Source: Eledone cirrhosa
Taxonomy: Eukaryota
DNA length: 64,000 nucleotides
Assembly: GCA_964016885.1 (NCBI GenBank)
Contig: OZ024743.1
Location: 138,384,001-138,448,000 of the forward strand
Reading direction: 5' to 3'
A model generated the notes under the pieces. It made no database searches, was not told the origin of the DNA, and saw nothing but the letters and a program-made list of their open reading frames with translations. Positions 12,901 through 25,479 of this stretch are shown here, one piece after another. How positions within the stretch are numbered: the first letter of the stretch is position 1; each line of letters begins with the position of its first letter. Position numbers and translations under genes: made by a program.

Positions 12901-15900
12901 GGTGCTTGGTGATTAGTGTTTGGTGCTTGGTGCTTGGGGTTTGGTGTTTGGTGCTTGGTGCTTGGTGTTTGGTGCTTGGTACTTGGTGTTTGGTTCTTGG
13001 TGTTTGGTGTTTGCTGTTTGGTGTTTGGTGTTTGGTGTTTGGTGTTTGCTGTTTGGTGTCTGCTTTTTGGTGTTTGGTGTTTGCTGTATGGTGTTTGGTG
13101 CTTGGTGCCTGGTGTTTGGTGCTTGGTGCTTGGTGCTGGGTGGTTGGTGTTTGGTGCTTGGTGTTTGGTGCTGGGTGCTTGGTGTTTGGTGCTTGGTGCT
13201 TGGTGTTTGGTGCTTGGTGTTTGGTGTTTGGTGCTTGGTGCTTGGTGTTTGGTGCTTGGTGCCTGGTGTTTGGTGCTTGGTGCTTAGTGTTTGGTGCTAG
13301 ATGCTTGGGGTTTGGTGTTTGGTGCTTGGTGTTTGGTGCTTGTTGCTTGGTGTTTGGTGTTTGGTGTTTGGTGCTTGGTGCTTGGTATTTGGTGTTTGAT
13401 GTTTGCTGTTTGGTGTTTGTTGTTTGGTGTTTGTTGTTTGGTGTTTGCTGTTTGGTGTTTGGTGTTTGGTGTTTGCTGTTTGGTGTCTGCTTTTTGGTGT
13501 TTGGTGTTTGCTGTATGTTGTTTGCTATTTGGTGTTTGGTGTTTGGTATTTGGTGTTAGGTGCTTGGTGCTTGGTGTTTGGTGCTTGGATCTTGGTGTTT
13601 GGTGCCTGGTGCTTGGAGTTTGGTGTTTGGTGCTTGTTGCTTGGTGTTTTGTGTTTGGTGTTTGGTTTTTGGTGCTTGGTGCTTGGTGCTTGGTCCTTGG
13701 TGTTTGGTGCTGGGTGCTTTGTGTTTGGTGCTTGGTGCTTCGTGCTTGGTGTTTGGTCTTTGCTGCTTGGTGTTTGGTGCTTGGTGCTTGGTGCTTGGTG
13801 TTTTGAGTTTGGTGCTTGGTGCTTGGTGTTTGGTGCTTGGTGCTTGGTGCTTGGTGTTTGTACTTGGTGCTTGGTGCTTGGTGTTTGGTTCTTGGTTCTT
13901 GGTGTTTGGTACTTGGTGCTTGGTGCTTGGTGCTTGGTGTTTGGTGCTTGGTGTCTGGTGCTTGTTGCTTGGTGTTTGGTGCTTGGTGTTTGGTGTTTGG
14001 TGCTTGGTGTTTGCTGTTTGCTGTTTGGTGTTTGGTGTTTGCTGTTTGCTGTTTGGTGTCTGCTTTTTGGTGTTTGGTGTTTGTTGTTTGGTGTTTGGTC
14101 TTTGGTGCTTGGTGTTTGGTGCTTGGTGCTTGGTGTTTGGTGTTTGATGTTTGGTGCTTGGTGTTTGGTGTTTGGTGTTTGGTGCTTGGTGCTTGGTGCT
14201 TGGTGTTTGGTGTTTGGTGCTTGGTGTCTGGTGCTTGGTGTTTGGTGTTTGGTGCTTGGTGTTTGGTGTTTGGTGTTTGGTGCTTGGTGCTTGGTGCTTG
14301 GTGTTTGGTGCTTGGTGTTTGGTGTTTGGTCCTTGTTGCTTGGTGCTTGGTGCTTGGTGTTTGGTGCTTGATGCTTGGTGTTTGGTGCTGGGTGCTGGGT
14401 GCTTGGTGTTTGGTGCTTGGTGCTTGGTGCTTGGTGTTTGGTGCTTGGTGCTTGGTGCTTGGTCTTTGGTGCTTGGTGTTTGGTGTTTGGTGCTTGGTGC
14501 TTGGTGCTTGGTGATTGGTGCTTGGTGATTAGTGTTTGGTACTTGGTGCTTGGGGTTTGGTGTTTGGTGCTTGGCGCTTGGTGTTTGGTGCTTGGTACTT
14601 GGTGTTTGGTGCTTGGTGTTTGGTGTTTGCTGTTTGGTGTTTGGTGTTTGGTGTTTGGTGTTTGGTGTTTGGTGTTTGCTGTTTGGTGTCTGCTTTTTGG
14701 TGTTTGGTGTTTGCTGTATGGTGTTTGCTGTTTCGCGTTTGGTGTTTGCTGTTTGGTGTTTGCTGTTTGCTGTTTGGTGTTTGGTCTTTGGTGCTTGGTG
14801 TTTGGTGCTTGGTGCTTGGTGTTTGGTGTTTGGTGCTTGGTGTTTGGTGTTTGGTGTTTGGTGCTTGGTGTTTGGTGTTTGGTGCCTGGTGTTTGGTGCT
14901 GGGTGCTTGGTGTTTAGTGCTTGGCGCTTGGTGCTTGGTGTTTCGTGTTTGGTGCTTGGTGCTTGTTGTTTGGTGTTATATGCTTGGTGTTTGATGCTTG
15001 GTGCTTGGTGCTTGGTGTTTGGTGTTTGGTGCTTGGTGTTTGATGCTTGGTGTTTGATGCTTGGTGCTTGGTGCTTGGTGTTTGGTGCTTGGTGCTTGGT
15101 GTTTGTACTTGGTGCTTGGTGCTTGGTTCTTGGTGTTTGGTGCTTGGTGTTTGGTGCTTGGTGCTTTGTGTTTGGTGCTTGGTGTTTGGTGCTTCGTATT
15201 TGGTGCTTGGTGCCTGGTGCTTGGTGCTTGGTGCTTGGTGTTTGGTGCTTGGTGTTTGGTGCTTGGTGTTAGGTGTTTGATGCTTGGTGCTTGGTGTTTG
15301 GTGCTTGGTGTTTTGTGCTTGGTGCTTGGTGTTTGGTGTTTGGTGCTTGGTGTTTGGTGCTTGCTACTTGGTGCTTGGTGCTTGGTGTTAGGTGTTTGGT
15401 GCTTGGTGCTTGGTGTTTGGTTTTTGGTGCTTGGTGCTTGGTGTTTGGTGTTTGGTGCTTGCTGCTGGCTGCTTGGTGATTGGTGCTTGGTGTTTAGTGC
15501 TTGGTGTTTGGTGTTTGGTGCTAGGTGCTTGGTGCTTGGTGTTTGGTGCTTGGTGCTTGGTGTTTGGTGTTTGGTGTTTGGTGCTTGGTGCTTGGTGTTT
15601 GGTGCTTGGTGCTTGGTGCTGGGTGGTTGGTGTTTGGTGCTTGGTGTTTGGTGCTGGGTGCTTGGTGTTTGGTGCTTGGTGCTTGGTGCTTGGTGCTTGG
15701 TGTTTGGTGTTTGGTGCTTGGTGCTTGGTGTTTGGTGCTTGGTGCTTGGTGTTTGGTGCTTGGTGCTTCGTGTTTGGTGCTAGGTGCTTGGGGTTTGGTG
15801 TTTGGTGCTTGGTGTTTGGTGTCTGGTGTTTGGTGCTTGGTGCTTGGTATTTGGTGTTTGCTGTTTGCTGTTTGGTGTTTGTTGTTTGGTGTTTGTTGTT

Positions 15901-18900
15901 TGGTGTTTGCTGTTTGGTGTTTGGTGTTTGGTGTTTGCTGTTTGGTGTCTGCTTTTTGGTGTTTGGTGTTTGCTGTATGTTGTTTGCTGTTTGGTGTTTG
16001 GTGTTTGGTGCTTGGTGTTTGGTGCTTGGTGCTTGGTGTTTGGTGCTTGTTGCTTGGTGTTTGGTGTTTGGTGCTTGGTGCTTGGTGTTTTGTGTTTGGT
16101 TTTTGGTGCTTGGTGCTTGGTGCTTGGTCCTTGGTGTTTGGTGCTGGGTGCTTTGTGTTTGGTGCTTGGTGCTTTGTGCTTGGTGTTTGGTGTTTGCTGC
16201 TTGGTGTTTGGTGCTTGGTGCTTGATGCTTGGTGTTTGGTGCTTGGTGCTTGGTGCTAGGTGTTTGTACTTGGTGCTTGGTGTTTGGTTCTTGGTTCTTG
16301 GTGTTTGGTACTTGGTGCTTGGTGCTTGGTGCTTGGTGTTTGGTGCTTGGTGTTTGGTGCTTGGTGCTTGGTGTTTGGTGCTTGGTGTTTGGTGTTTGGT
16401 GCTTGGTGCTTGGTGTTTGCTGTTTGCTGTTTGCTGTTTGGTGTTTGGTGTTTGCTGTTTGCTGTTTGGTGTCTGCTTTTTGGTGTTTGGTGTTTGCTGT
16501 ATGGTGTTTGCTGTTTGGTGTTTGGTGTTTGCTGTTTGGTGTTTGGTCTTTGGTGCTTGGTGTTTGGTGCTTGGTGCTTGGTGTTTGGTGTCTTGTGCTT
16601 GGTGCTTGGTGTTTGCTGTTTGGTGCTTGGTGCTTGGTGTTTGGTGTTTGGTGCTTGGTGTCAGGTGCTTGGTGTTTGGTGTTTGCTGTATGTTGTTTGC
16701 TGTTTGGTGTTTGGTGTTTGGTATTTGGTGTTTGGTGCTTGGTGCTTGGTGTTTGGTGCTTGGTGCTTGGTGTTTGGTGCCTGGTGCTTGGTGCTTGTTG
16801 TTTGGTGTTTGGTGCTTGGTGCTTGGTGCTTGGAGTTTGGTGTTTGGTGCTTGTTGCTTGGTGTTTTGTGTTTGGTGTTTGGTTTTTGGTGCTTGGTGCT
16901 TGGTGCTTGGTCCTTGGTGTTTGGTGCTGCGTGCTTTGTGTTTGGTGCTTGGTGCTTTGTGCTTGGTGTTTGGTGTTTGCTGCTTGGTGTTTGGTGCTTG
17001 GTGCTTGGTGCTTGGTGTTTTGTGTTTGGTGCTTGGTGCTTGGTGTTTGGTGCTTGGTGCTTGGTGCTTGGTGTTTGTACTTGGTGCTTGGTGCTTGGTG
17101 TTTGGTTCTTGGTTCTTGGTGTTTGGTACTTGGTGCTTGGTGCTTGGTGCTTGGTGTTTGGTGCTTGGTGTTTGGTGCTTGGTGCTTGGTGCTTGGTGCT
17201 TGGTCCTTGGTGTTTGGTGCTGCGTGCTTTGTGTTTGGTGCTTGGTGCTTTGTGCTTGGTGTTTGGTGTTTGCTGCTTGGTGTTTGGTGCTTGGTGCTTG
17301 GTGCTTGGTGTTTTGTGTTTGGTGCTTGGTGCTTGGTGTTTGGTGTTTGGTGTTTGGTGTTTGCTGTTTGCTGTTTGGTGTTTGGTGTTTGCTGTTTGCT
17401 GTTTGGTGTCTGGTGCTTGGTGCTTGGTGCTTGGTGTTTGGTGCTTGGTGTTTGGTGCTTGGTGTTAGGTGTTTGGTGCTTGGTGCTTGGTGCTTGGTGT
17501 TTGGTGCTTGGTGTTTGGTGCTTGGTGCCTGGTGCTTGGTGCTTGGTGCTTGGTGTTTGGTGCTTGGTGTTTGGTGCTTGGTGTTAGGTGTTTGGTGCTT
17601 GGTGCTTGGTGCTTGGTGTTTGGTGCTTGGTGCTTGGTGTTTGTACTTGGTGCTTGGTGCTTGGTTCTTTGTGTTTGGTGCTTGGTGCTTGGTGCTTGGT
17701 GCTTTGTGTTTGGTGCTTGGTGTTTGGTGCTTGGTGTTTGGTGCTTGGTGCCTGGTGCTTGGTGCTTGGTGCTTGGTGTTTGGTGCTTGGTGTTTGGTGC
17801 TTGGTGTTAGGTGTTTGGTGCTTGGTGCTTGGTGTTTGGTGTTTGGTGCTTGGTGTTTGGTGTTTGGTGCTTGGTGTTTGGTGCTTGGTGCTTGGTGTTT
17901 GGTGTTTGGTGCTTGGTGTTTGGTGCTTGGTACTTGGTGCTTGGTGTTAGGTGTTTGGTGCTCGGTGCTTGGTGTTTGGTTTTTGGTGCTTGATGCTTGG
18001 TGTTTGGTGTTTGGTGCTTGCTGCTGGCTGCTTGGTGCTTGGTGATTGGTGCTTGGTGTTTGGTGCTTGGTGTTTGGTGTTTGGTGCTAGGTGCTTGGTG
18101 CTTGGTGTTTGGTGCTTGGTGTTTGGTGTTTGGTGTTTGGTGCTTGGTGCTTGGTGTTTGGTGCTTGGTGCTGGGTGGTTGGTGTTTGGTGCTTGGTGTT
18201 CGGTGCTGGGTGCTTGGTGTTTGGTGCTTGGTGCTTGGTCTTTGGTGCTTGGTGTTTGGTGTTTGGTGCTTGCTGCTTGGTGTTTGGTTCTTGGTGCTTG
18301 GTGTTTGGTGCTTGGTGCTTAGTGTTTGGTGCTAGGTGCTTGGGGTTTTGTGTTTGGTGCTTGGTGTTTGGTGCTTGGTTCTTGGTATTTGGTGTTTGCT
18401 GTTTACTGTTTGGTGTTTGTTGTTTGGTGTTTGTTGTTTGGTGTTTGTTGTTTGGTGTTTGTTGTTTGGTGTTTGCTGTTTGGTGTTTGGTGTTTGTTGT
18501 TTCGTGTTTGCTGTTTCGTGTCTGCTTTTTGGTGTTTGGTGTTTGCTGTATGTTGTTTGCTGTTTGGTGTTTGGTGTTTGGTATTTGGTGTTTGGTGCTT
18601 GGTGCCTGGTGTTTGGTGCTTGGTGCTTGGTGTTTGGTGCCTGGTGCTTGGTGCTTGGTGTTTGGTGTTTGGTGCTTGGTGCTTGGTGCTTGGAGTTTGG
18701 TGTTTGGTGCTTGTTGCTTGGTGTTTTGTGTTTGGTGTTTGGTATTTGGTGCTTGGTGCTTGGTGCTTGGTCCTTGGTGTTTGGTGCTGGGTGCTTTGTG
18801 TTTGGTGCTTGGTGCTTCGTGCTTGGTGTTTGGTGTTTGGTGCTTGGTGTTTGGTGTTATATGCTTGGTGTTTGATGCTTGGTGCTTGGTGTTTGGTGTT

Positions 18901-21900
18901 TGATGCTTGGTGCTTGATGCTTGGTGTTTGGTGCTTGGTGCTTAGTGCTTGGTGTTTTGTGTTTGGTGCTTGGTGCTTGGTGTTTGTACTTGGTGCTTGG
19001 TGCTTGGTGTTTGGTTCTTGGTTCTTGGTGTTTGGTACTTGGTGCTTGCTGTTTGGTGCTTGGTGTTTGGTGCTTGGTGTTTGGTGCTTGGTGCTTGGTA
19101 TTTGGTGCTTGGTGTTTGGTGTTTGGTGCTTGGTGCTTGGTGTTTGGTGTTTGGTGTTTGGTGTTTGCTGTTTGCTGTTTGGTGTCTGCTTTTTGGTGTT
19201 TGGTGTTTGCTGTATGGTGTTTGCTGTTTCGTGTTTGGTGTTTGCTGTTTGGTGTTTGGTCTTTGGTGCTTGGTGTTTGGTGCTTGGTGCTTGGTGTTTG
19301 GTGTTTGGTGCTTGGTGCTTGGTGTTTGGTGTTTGGTGCTTGGTGCTTGGTGCTTGGTGTTTGGTGTTTGGTGCTTGGTGTCTGGTGCTTGGTGTTTGGT
19401 GCTTGGTGTTTGGTGTCTGGTGTTTGGTGCTTGGTGCTTGGTGTTTGGTGTTTGGTGCTTGGTGTTTGGTGTTTGGTGTTTGGTGCTTGTTGCTTGGTGC
19501 TTGGTGTTTGGTGCTTGGTGCTTGGTGTTTGGTGCTGGGTGCTGGGTGCTTGGTGCTTGGTGCATGGTGCTTGGTGCTTGGTGTTTGGTGTTTGGTGCTT
19601 GGTGTTTGGTGTTATATGCTTGGTGTTTGATGCTTGGTGCTTGGTGTTTGGTGTTTGATGCTTGGTGCTTGATGCTTGGTGCTTGGTGCTTGGTGTTTGG
19701 TGCTTGGTGCTTGGTGTTTGTACTTGTTGCTTGGTGCTTGATGCTTGGTGATTGGTGTTTGGTGCTTGGTTCTTGGTGTTTGGTGCTTGGTGTTTGGTGC
19801 TTGGTGCTTGGTGTTTGGTGCTTGGTGCTTGGTGTTTGGTGTTTGGTGCTTGGTGCTTGGTTCTTGGTGTTTGGTGCTTGGTGCTTGGTGCTTGGTGTTT
19901 GGTGCTTGGTGCTTGGTGTTTGGTGCTTGGTGTTTGGTGCTTGTTGTTTGGTGCTTGGTGCTTGGTGCTTGGTGCATGGTGCTTGGTGTTTGGTGCTTGG
20001 TGTTTGGTGCTTGGTGTTAGGTGTTTGGTGCTTGGTGCTTGGTGTTTGGTGTTTGGTGCTTGGTGTTTGGTGCTTGGTGCTTGGTGTTTGGTGTTTGGTG
20101 CTTGGTGTTTGGTGCTTGCTACGTGGTGCTTGGTGCTTGGTGTTAGGTGTTTGGTGCATGGTGCGTGGTGTTTGGTTTTTGGTGCTTCGTGCTTGGTGTT
20201 TGGTGTTTGGTGCTTGCTGCTGGCTGCTTGGTGTTTGGTGCTTGGTGATTGGTGCTTGGTGTTTGGTGCTTGGTGTTTGGTGTTTGGTGCTAGGTGCTTG
20301 GTGTTTGGTGCTTGGTGCTTGGTGTTTGGTGTTTGGTGCTTTGTGCTTGGTGTTTGGTGCTTGGTGCTGGGTGGTTGGTGTTTGGTGCTTGGTGTTTGGT
20401 GCTGGGTGCTTGGTGTTTGGTGCTTGGTGCTTGGTCTTTGGTGCTTGGTGTTTGGTGTTTGGTGCTTGGTGCTTGGTGCTTGGTGTTTGGTGCTTGGTGC
20501 TTGGTGTTTGGTGTTTGGTGCTTAGTGTTTGGTGCTAGGTGCTTGGGGTTTGGTGTTTGGTGCTTGGTGCTTGGTGCTTGGTGTTTGGTGCTTGGTGCTT
20601 GGTGCTTGGTGCTTGGTCTTTGGAGTTTGGTGTTTAGTGCTTGGTGTTTGGTGCTTGGTGCCTGGTGCTTGGTGCTTGGTGCTTGGTGTTTGGTGCTTGG
20701 TGTTTGGTGCTTGGTGTTAGGTGTTTGGTGCTTGGTGCTTGGTGTTTGGTGTTTGGTGCTTGGTGTTTGGTGCTTGCTGCTGGCTGCTTGGTGCTTGGTG
20801 ATTGGTGCTTGGTGTTTGGTGCTTGGTGTTTGGTGTTTGGTGCTAGGTGCTTGGTGCTTGGTGTTTGGTGCTTGGTGTTTGGTGTTTGGTGTTTGGTGCT
20901 TGGTGCTTGGTGTTTGGTGCTTGGTGCTGGGTGGTTGGTGTTTGGTGCTTGGTGTTCGGTGCTGGGTGCTTGGTGTTTGGTGCTTGGTGCTTGGTCTTTG
21001 GTGCTTGGTGTTTGGTGTTTGGTGCTTGCTGCTTGGTGTTTGGTTCTTGGTGCTTGGTGTTTGGTGCTTGGTGCTTAGTGTTTGGTGCTAGGTGCTTGGG
21101 GTTTTGTGTTTGGTGCTTGGTGTTTGGTGCTTGGTTCTTGGTATTTGGTGTTTGCTGTTTACTGTTTGGTGTTTGTTGTTTGGTGTTTGTTGTTTGGTGT
21201 TTGTTGTTTGGTGTTTGTTGTTTGGTGTTTGCTGTTTGGTGTTTGGTGTTTGTTGTTTCGTGTTTGCTGTTTCGTGTCTGCTTTTTGGTGTTTGGTGTTT
21301 GCTGTATGTTGTTTGCTGTTTGGTGTTTGGTGTTTGGTATTTGGTGTTTGGTGCTTGGTGCCTGGTGTTTGGTGCTTGGTGCTTGGTGTTTGGTGCCTGG
21401 TGCTTGGTGCTTGGTGTTTGGTGTTTGGTGCTTGGTGCTTGGTGCTTGGAGTTTGGTGTTTGGTGCTTGTTGCTTGGTGTTTTGTGTTTGGTGTTTGGTA
21501 TTTGGTGCTTGGTGCTTGGTGCTTGGTCCTTGGTGTTTGGTGCTGGGTGCTTTGTGTTTGGTGCTTGGTGCTTCGTGCTTGGTGTTTGGTGTTTGGTGCT
21601 TGGTGTTTGGTGTTATATGCTTGGTGTTTGATGCTTGGTGCTTGGTGTTTGGTGTTTGATGCTTGGTGCTTGATGCTTGGTGTTTGGTGCTTGGTGCTTA
21701 GTGCTTGGTGTTTTGTGTTTGGTGCTTGGTGCTTGGTGTTTGTACTTGGTGCTTGGTGCTTGGTGTTTGGTTCTTGGTTCTTGGTGTTTGGTACTTGGTG
21801 CTTGCTGTTTGGTGCTTGGTGTTTGGTGCTTGGTGTTTGGTGCTTGGTGCTTGGTATTTGGTGCTTGGTGTTTGGTGTTTGGTGCTTGGTGCTTGGTGTT

Positions 21901-24900
21901 TGGTGTTTGGTGTTTGGTGTTTGCTGTTTGCTGTTTGGTGTCTGCTTTTTGGTGTTTGGTGTTTGCTGTATGGTGTTTGCTGTTTCGTGTTTGGTGTTTG
22001 CTGTTTCGTGTTTGGTCTTTGGTGCTTGGTGTTTGGTGCTTGGTGCTTGGTGTTTGGTGTTTGGTGCTTGGTGCTTGGTGTTTGGTGTTTGGTGCTTGGT
22101 GCTTGGTGCTTGGTGTTTGGTGTTTGGTGCTTGGTGTCTGGTGCTTGGTGTTTGGTGCTTGGTGTTTGGTGTCTGGTGTTTGGTGCTTGGTGCTTGGTGT
22201 TTGGTGTTTGGTGCTTGGTGTTTGGTGTTTGGTGTTTGGTGCTTGTTGCTTGGTGCTTGGTGTTTGGTGCTTGGTGCTTGGTGTTTGGTGCTGGGTGCTG
22301 GGTGCTTGGTGCTTGGTGCATGGTGCTTGGTGCTTGGTGTTTGGTGTTTGGTGCTTGGTGTTTGGTGTTATATGCTTGGTGTTTGATGCTTGGTGCTTGG
22401 TGTTTGGTGTTTGATGCTTGGTGCTTGATGCTTGGTGCTTGGTGCTTGGTGTTTGGTGCTTGGTGCTTGGTGTTTGTACTTGTTGCTTGGTGCTTGATGC
22501 TTGGTGATTGGTGTTTGGTGCTTGGTTCTTGGTGTTTGGTGCTTGGTGTTTGGTGCTTGGTGCTTGGTGTTTGGTGCTTGGTGCTTGGTGTTTGGTGTTT
22601 GGTGCTTGGTGCTTGGTTCTTGGTGTTTGGTGCTTGGTGCTTGGTGCTTGGTGTTTGGTGCTTGGTGCTTGGTGTTTGGTGCTTGGTGTTTGGTGCTTGT
22701 TGTTTGGTGCTTGGTGCTTGGTGCTTGGTGCATGGTGCTTGGTGTTTGGTGCTTGGTGTTTGGTGCTTGGTGTTAGGTGTTTGGTGCTTGGTGCTTGGTG
22801 TTTGGTGTTTGGTGCTTGGTGTTTGGTGCTTGGTGCTTGGTGTTTGGTGTTTGGTGCTTGGTGTTTGGTGCTTGCTACGTGGTGCTTGGTGCTTGGTGTT
22901 AGGTGTTTGGTGCATGGTGCGTGGTGTTTGGTTTTTGGTGCTTCGTGCTTGGTGTTTGGTGTTTGGTGCTTGCTGCTGGCTGCTTGGTGTTTGGTGCTTG
23001 GTGATTGGTGCTTGGTGTTTGGTGCTTGGTGTTTGGTGTTTGGTGCTAGGTGCTTGGTGCTTGGTGTTTGGTGCTTGGTGCTTGGTGTTTGGTGTTTGGT
23101 GCTTTGTGCTTGGTGTTTGGTGCTTGGTGCTGGGTGGTTGGTGTTTGGTGCTTGGTGTTTGGTGCTGGGTGCTTGGTGTTTGGTGCTTGGTGCTTGGTCT
23201 TTGGTGCTTGGTGTTTGGTGTTTGGTGCTTGGTGCTTGGTGCTTGGTGTTTGGTGCTTGGTGCTTGGTGTTTGGTGTTTGGTGCTTAGTGTTTGGTGCTA
23301 GGTGCTTGGGGTTTGGTGTTTGGTGCTTGGTGCTTGGTGCTTGGTGTTTGGTGCTTGGTGCTTGGTGCTTGGTGCTTGGTCTTTGGAGTTTGGTGTTTAG
23401 TGCTTGGTGTTTGGTGCTTGGTGCCTGGTGCTTGGTGCTTGGTGCTTGGTGTTTGGTGCTTGGTGTTTGGTGCTTGGTGTTAGGTGTTTGGTGCTTGGTG
23501 CTTGGTGTTTGGTGTTTGGTGCTTGGTGTTTGGTGCTTGGTGCTTGGTGTTTGGTGTTTGGTGCTTGGTGTTTGGTGCTTGGTACTTGGTGCTTGGTGTT
23601 AGGTGTTTGGTGCTTGGTGCTTGGTGTTTGGTTTTTGGTGCTTGATGCTTGGTGTTTGGTGTTTGGTGCTTGCTGCTGGCTGCTTGGTGCTTGGTGATTG
23701 GTGCTTGGTGTTTGGTGCTTGGTGTTTGGTGTTTGGTGCTAGGTGCTTGGTGCTTGGTGTTTGGTGCTTGGTGTTTGGTGTTTGGTGTTTGGTGCTTGGT
23801 GCTTGGTGTTTGGTGCTTGGTGCTGGGTGGTTGGTGTTTGGTGCTTGGTGTTTGGTGCTGGGTGCTTGGTGTTTGGTGCTTGGTGCTTGGTCTTTGGTGC
23901 TTGGTGTTTGGTGTTTGGTGCTTGCTGCTTGGTGTTTGGTTCTTGGTGCTTGGTGTTTGGTGCTTGGTGCTTAGTGTTTGGTGCTAGGTGCTTGGGGTTT
24001 GGTGTTTGGTGCTTGGTGTTTGGTGCTTGGTTCTTGGTATTTGGTGTTTGCTGTTTACTGTTTGGTGTTTGTTGTTTGGTGTTTGTTGTTTGGTGTTTGT
24101 TGTTTGGTGTTTGTTGTTTGGTGTTTGCTGTTTGGTGTTTGGTGTTTGTTGTTTGGTGTTTGCTGTTTGGTGTCTGCTTTTTGGTGTTTGGTGTTTGCTG
24201 TATGTTGTTTGCTGTTTGGTGTTTGGTGTTTGGTATTTGGTGTTTGGTGCTTGGTGCTTGGTGCTTGGTGCTTGGTGCTTGGTGTTTGGTGCCTGGTGCT
24301 TGGTGCTTGGTGTTTGGTGTTTGGTGCTTGGTGCTTGGTGCTTGGAGTTTGGTGTTTGGTGCTTGTTGCTTGGTGTTTTGTGTTTGGTGTTTGGTATTTG
24401 GTGCTTGGTGCTTGGTGCTTGGTCCTTGGTGTTTGGTGCTGGGTGCTTTGTGTTTGGTGTTTGGTGCTTCGTGCTTGGTGTTTGGTGTTTGGTGCTTGGT
24501 GTTTGGTGTTATATGCTTGGTGTTTGATGCTTGGTGCTTGGTGTTTGGTGTTTGATGCTTGGTGCTTGATGCTTGGTGTTTGGTGCTTGGTGCTTAGTGC
24601 TTGGTGTTTTGTGTTTGGTGCTTGGTGCTTGGTGTTTGTACTTGGTGCTTGGTGCTTGGTGTTTGGTTCTTGGTTCTTGGTGTTTGGTACTTGGTGCTTG
24701 CTGTTTGGTGCTTGGTGTTTGGTGCTTGGTGTTTGGTGCTTGGTGCTTGGTATTTGGTGCTTGGTGTTTGGTGTTTGGTGCTTGGTGCTTGGTGTTTGGT
24801 GTTTGGTGTTTGGTGTTTGCTGTTTGCTGTTTGGTGTCTGCTTTTTGGTGTTTGGTGTTTGCTGTATGGTGTTTGCTGTTTCGTGTTTGGCGTTTGCTGT

Positions 24901-25479
24901 TTGGTGTTTGGTCTTTGGTGCTTGGTGTTTGGTGCTTGGTGCTTGGTGTTTGGTGTTTGGTGCTTGGTGCTTGGTGTTTGGTGTTTGGTGCTTGGTGCTT
25001 GGTGCTTGGTGATTGGTGTTTGGTGCTTGGTGTCTGGTGCTTGGTGTTTGGTGCTTGGTGTTTGGTGTCTGGTGTTTGGTGCTTGGTGCTTGGTGTTTGG
25101 TGTTTGGTGCTTGGTGTTTGGTGTTTGGTGTTTGGTGCTTGTTGCTTGGTGCTTGGTGTTTGGTGCTTGGTGCTTGGTGTTTGGTGCTGGGTGCTGGGTG
25201 CTTGGTGCTTGGTGCATGGTGCTTGGTGCTTGGTGTTTGGTGTTTGGTGCTTGGTGTTTGGTGTTATATGCTTGGTGTTTGATGCTTGGTGCTTGGTGTT
25301 TGGTGTTTGATGCTTGGTGCTTGATGCTTGGTGCTTGGTGCTTGGTGTTTGGTGCTTGGTGCTTGGTGTTTGTACTTGTTGCTTGGTGCTTGATGCTTGG
25401 TGATTGGTGTTTGGTGCTTGGTTCTTGGTGTTTGGTGCTTGGTGTTTGGTGCTTGGTGCTTGGTGTTTGGTGCTTGGTG

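Larger units (their letters stand above)
1..13611 (+). repeat. Tandem ~7.1 kb higher-order duplication (copy A 1-7108, partial copy B 7109-~13611)
   Basis: ORF offsets of 7108 (113/7221, 362/7470), then 7087 (1533/8620, 1985/9072, 3023/10110, 3412/10499), then 7031 (4402/11433, 4854/11885, 5885/12916, 6260/13291). Copies diverge after ~6580/~13611. Confidence 0.95.
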
